From NCBI GenBank assembly GCA_026986575.1, contig JALSOH010000006.1, positions 288,001 to 352,000 on the forward strand: DNA of 64,000 nt, read 5' to 3'. Of the stretch, positions 57,819 through 64,000 are shown piece by piece. The notes under the pieces were generated by a model. That model saw only the letters and a list, made by a program, of their open reading frames with translations. It was not told the origin of the DNA and ran no database searches. The translations under genes were made by a program, and so were the position numbers. Every line of letters begins with the position of its first letter. Position 1 is the first letter of the stretch. This stretch comes from Thermoproteota archaeon. Lineage in GTDB: Archaea > Korarchaeota > Korarchaeia > Korarchaeales > Korarchaeaceae.

Positions 57819-58585
57819 CAGATCACCCCCTTCTCCTCTAGGACTTTCACTATTCTATCTACCACCTCGTCCACGCTTCCCTCGATCTTCTCCTTCTTCC
57901 TCTCCCTCACGTAAGCCTTAATCTCTACCAGCTCGATGGGTGGAAACTTTAGATCAAGTTCGGAGGCATCTACCGAGCTCCTCTCCTTCTTGCTGGCCTT
58001 CATTATCTGGAGGACCGTCGGGATCCTAGGCTCGTTGATCTCCGAAGTTACTGAGATGACCGCAGGGAGCGGAACTTCCGCGACCTCGAAGCCCCCTTCC
58101 AAGTATCTCTCAACAACTAACTTGTTCTCCTTCACCTCTAGCCTCCCCACGAATGTCGCCACCGGAAGGGATAGCATCTCGGCGATCATCGCTGGCAGGG
58201 CACAGCTGTACTGATCGGAGGAGCCTTCCCCGCACACCACGAGGTCGGGTTTGATCCCATCCACCTCCAGAGCTTTTACTATGGCTTGAGCTGTCCTGTA
58301 GGGGTTATGTCCTTTAACGGCATCTCCCTCCACGAGTAGAGCTCTATCTGCCCCCATAGCGAGGGCCTCCTTCAAGATAGCCTCATCGAAGGGCCCTGTA
58401 ACAACAACAGCCAGTGTAACTCTTCCACCAAGCTCCTCCTTTATCTTGACGGCCTCTTCGATCGCGTTCCTGTCTATATCACTTATCTTCACGGGGGCCT
58501 GATCCACTAGGAGGCGATCTCCCTCCGCAGGCATCTGGGTCTCATCGTAAACCAACTTGACGCATGCCACGACCTCCAAGGGCAT
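57818..58585 (-). CDS. etfB: Electron transfer flavoprotein beta subunit
   Basis: Motifs CVK.V, AIEEAV, ALAMGAD, INEPR. Confidence 0.92.
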   Translation of the reverse strand: MPLEVVACVKLVYDETQMPAEGDRLLVDQAPVKISDIDRNAIEEAVKIKEELGGRVTLAVVVTGPFDEAILKEALAMGADRALLVEGDAVKGHNPYRTAQAIVKALEVDGIKPDLVVCGEGSSDQYSCALPAMIAEMLSLPVATFVGRLEVKENKLVVERYLEGGFEVAEVPLPAVISVTSEINEPRIPTVLQIMKASKKERSSVDASELDLKFPPIELVEIKAYVRERKKEKIEGSVDEVVDRIVKVLEEKGVI

Positions 58586-58602
58586 CCCCGAACTCCAGCT
58601 GG

Positions 58603-58650
58603 GTTTATTTTTTAAACATAAGATAGTTTATTTTTTTAAACATAAGATAG
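58603..58650. repeat. Tandem duplication of a 23/24-bp AT-rich promoter/terminator element
   Basis: GTTTATTTTTT(T)AAACATAAGATA occurs twice; the T run is 6 in one copy and 7 in the other. Confidence 0.85.
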
Positions 58651-58673
58651 GGTGAGATCTTTAATCGAATGGT

Positions 58674-59675
58674 TCAGGAGGGAAGGACCCTCCACAACTC
58701 ATCCATCACCGGCTCACTGACATCCTCCACCATACCGTTGGTTCTAACGAGCCTCATCCCTTCCTCTCTCTCCGTTAACCTGCCTATTATGGAGGCCTCT
58801 ACTCCTCCCCTCCTGAGCTCACTGACCAGCTTGTCTGCCTTCTCTTCGCTCACGGATATGAGGAGGCTCCCAGAGCTTATCAACCTCAAAGGATCTACCT
58901 CCAGCGCTTCGCACACAGCGAGCGTTTCTTCCCTCAGGGGTATGCTCTCCTCATATATTACGAACCCGTTTCCTGAGGCCAGAGCCATCTCTTGGACTCC
59001 CCCGATCAGTCCACCCTCTGTAGGATCGTGCATCGCCCTAGCAAAGTTGGCAGCTAACATGGCATCCCTCACAACGCTTATCTCCCTTATGAACCGAGAT
59101 GCTCTGTCTAGAATATGGGAATCCACGCCCTTCTCCTCTAGGAGATCTCTCAGCTCGGTAGCTAGGATGGCGGTCCCTTCCAATGCAGCGGCTTTGGTCA
59201 GGACGAGGGAGTCGCCCTCCTTGGCATCCCTTGTGTTGAGAACAATCCCGCCGGTTCCCATGGCCGTAGTCACCACTATGTTAAATGGAAGCCCGGGGGT
59301 GATTTCTGTATGGCCTCCGATCACCACGGCACCTATCTCCCTAGCCGCTTCCCCTACCTGATCTACTAGCTCAGAGATCTCGCTATCATTCACGCCATCC
59401 CTGAAGAGCAGAACTATGAGCAGCCACTTAGGCCTCAGACCTCTCGTCGCTATGTCGTTGGATGCCACATACACAGAGAGCCAGCCAGCTAGCTTACCGC
59501 CTCCTGTCACAGGATCTGAGTGTACAGCCAGCAGAGGTTCTTTCACCTCAAGTATAGCAGCATCTTCTCCCAAGGAAGGGCCTAGCAGGACCCCGTCACC
59601 TTCGATCGGTAGTTTCCCTACGATGCTTCTGAAAAGGAAGTCTGGGGGGAGTTTTCCCCTATGTTTCACAACCAT
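58674..59675 (-). CDS. AIR synthase-like (PurM/HypE/ThiL superfamily) protein
   Basis: Motifs GEDAA, SDP, ND, GGHTE, MHDPTEGG. Confidence 0.88.
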   Translation of the reverse strand: MVVKHRGKLPPDFLFRSIVGKLPIEGDGVLLGPSLGEDAAILEVKEPLLAVHSDPVTGGGKLAGWLSVYVASNDIATRGLRPKWLLIVLLFRDGVNDSEISELVDQVGEAAREIGAVVIGGHTEITPGLPFNIVVTTAMGTGGIVLNTRDAKEGDSLVLTKAAALEGTAILATELRDLLEEKGVDSHILDRASRFIREISVVRDAMLAANFARAMHDPTEGGLIGGVQEMALASGNGFVIYEESIPLREETLAVCEALEVDPLRLISSGSLLISVSEEKADKLVSELRRGGVEASIIGRLTEREEGMRLVRTNGMVEDVSEPVMDELWRVLPS

Positions 59676-60205
59676 TCCCCTAACGCCCTCCTGATGACGG
59701 GGGCGAGCAGGTAGGAGAAAACTATTCCCGATACTGCTTGGAATGTGTTACCTGGCACCTCCTGAAGGGCTCCTCCCAAGCCGTAGAGGTACCATTCCAC
59801 TACAAAGTAACCAGCTACCATCTCAGCGCCAGCAACTGCTAAGATGAGCAACGAAGTCACCTTGCCCTTCCCCTTGGCAATGCCCGCTAGGAATCCCTCT
59901 ACACCCTTTATCACCAAAGTAAACGGTGCCCAGTGACCGTATCCACTCAACAGGTCCGCTAAGGCCGAGCCTATTCCGCCCGAGAGGGATCCCACCACGG
60001 GTCCGAAAAGGATCCCCGAGAGCATTACGATGGTATCTCCTAGGTTAATGTAACCTTGAGTCGCTGGTGTGGGGACTTGGATCACCATCGTGGCTACTGC
60101 CGCCAGAGCAGCCATGACACCAACGATTGCAACGCCCCTAGATGAAGCGATGCTCGGAGAGACCCTAGCACCGACCTCTTCCCCCATGGTCAAGTTCTCA
60201 CCCAA
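59666..60205 (-). CDS. ECF transporter S component
   Basis: Motifs GYINLGD, GGIGSALAD, WAPFT.VIK. Confidence 0.88.
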   Translation of the reverse strand: MGENLTMGEEVGARVSPSIASSRGVAIVGVMAALAAVATMVIQVPTPATQGYINLGDTIVMLSGILFGPVVGSLSGGIGSALADLLSGYGHWAPFTLVIKGVEGFLAGIAKGKGKVTSLLILAVAGAEMVAGYFVVEWYLYGLGGALQEVPGNTFQAVSGIVFSYLLAPVIRRALGEWL

Positions 60206-60314
60206 AGGGCCCGTTTCATGTTTCAGTTAAACCGGTTATTGAACGTTGTAGTTCTTCGGCACATCCAAATAAATGCTTAAATAATTCCTTATATACTGAT
60301 TTACCGGATGGGAA

Positions 60315-60830
60315 ATGAGAGCCGAAGACATAATCGAGGCCCTATCAGGTGAGACTAGGAGGAGAATAGTGTCTATGCTAACAAGGAAACCTCTAACCCT
60401 TAAGGAGATAGCTGATATGCTAGGTATAACCCCACCTGCTGCCTTAAAACACATGAGAGAACTTGAATCCTTGGGTATAGTTGAATCTTACTCGGTCAAC
60501 ATGGGGCCTGGGAGGCCTAGGAAGTACTACAAGATATCACGTTCAATACGCCTAGTCGTGACTTTGACGGAAGACTCCCTCCAGATCAGGGCACTGGAGA
60601 TAGAGCCTACTTCAACCTCTCCATCTAAGGACATAAGGGAGAGATTCGACGAAATCAGATCAAGGCTGGAGAGTTTAGGCAACCTCAACTCCTTTAGCGA
60701 GACGGTGACGAGGACATCTAACTTGATACAAGATATAGATACCCTATTGCTGGAACTTGAGTCTGTAGAGTCTCATCTTCTCTGGATGAGGGAGGAGATC
60801 CTCCGGAATCTGAAGAGATTTTCACGCTGA
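60315..60830 (+). CDS. ArsR-family HTH regulator (HSR1/Phr-like heat-shock repressor)
   Basis: ALSGETRRRI..A.LKHM..LE..G.V..GRPRKYY plus a coiled coil; upstream of hsp20-cdc48. Confidence 0.85.
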   Translation: MRAEDIIEALSGETRRRIVSMLTRKPLTLKEIADMLGITPPAALKHMRELESLGIVESYSVNMGPGRPRKYYKISRSIRLVVTLTEDSLQIRALEIEPTSTSPSKDIRERFDEIRSRLESLGNLNSFSETVTRTSNLIQDIDTLLLELESVESHLLWMREEILRNLKRFSR

Positions 60831-60885
60831 GTTTGGAAAAGTTTTTATATTATTTTAACTCACTGGATAATAGGAGGTCGAGAGT

Positions 60886-63634
<2,749 letters not shown>

Positions 63635-63681
63635 CCACTCTTTTTTAGGAAACCTTTTTACTTTCCCCTTCAGGAAGCCTT

Positions 63682-64000
63682 ATGCCGATCAGGATCGGGA
63701 TTAATGGATTCGGGAGGATAGGGAGGCAGGTATTCAAGATAGGACAGAGGAACCCGAACTTGGAATTCGTGGCGGTGAACGACATAGCTGATCCCAAGAC
63801 GTTAGCCCACCTGTTAAAGTACGACTCCGTCTTCGGCAGGTATCCCGGGACCGTCGTGGCTGAGGGATCCAGTATACTCGTAAATAGCAAGGAGATCAAG
63901 GTGTTCAGCGTCAGGGACCCGGCGAAGATCCCTTGGGAAGAACTGGGCGTTGATGTGGTGGTAGAGGCCACAGGACTCTTCAGGTCTAGAAGCGATGCAG
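63682..64000 (+). CDS. gap: Class I (bacterial-type) glyceraldehyde-3-phosphate dehydrogenase, 5' part
   Basis: Manual translation MPIRIGINGFGRIGR..VAVND..LAHLLKYDSVFG..IPWEELGVDVVVEATGLF. Confidence 0.9.
   Translation, partial: MPIRIGINGFGRIGRQVFKIGQRNPNLEFVAVNDIADPKTLAHLLKYDSVFGRYPGTVVAEGSSILVNSKEIKVFSVRDPAKIPWEELGVDVVVEATGLFRSRSDA

Overview
This is a gene-dense archaeal chromosomal segment. It looks thermophilic and Korarchaeota-like, inferred from the ATL-EndoV fusion, GGTGA-type RBSs, frequent TTG starts and BHB tRNA introns. It holds about 60 mostly housekeeping or metabolic CDSs: leuACDB, livKHMGF, etfBA, cydAA', argS, two cdc48 paralogues, an ArsR-hsp20-cdc48 heat-shock operon, tRNA-modification and glycosylation genes. 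There is also one intact VapBC pair, a doubly frameshifted MNT-HEPN pair and an internally deleted arsA/GET3 pseudogene. I saw no CRISPR array, rRNA or transposase. The most striking signal is a tRNA-Trp(CCA) gene with two BHB introns (17/17a and 37/38). Intron 1 carries a box C-like motif; intron 2 carries a box D with a guide aimed at C34. The two can pair through an 8-bp stem into a K-turn, suggesting a box C/D guide RNA split across two introns whose fold excludes the splicing fold. Other leads are an ade-metF-mtrH-orphan C1/methyl-transfer cluster, a candidate orphan C/D sRNA, gene-conversion tracts within and between the cdc48 genes, and a bacterial-type GAPDH. All calls come from reading motifs by eye; no database searches were run.
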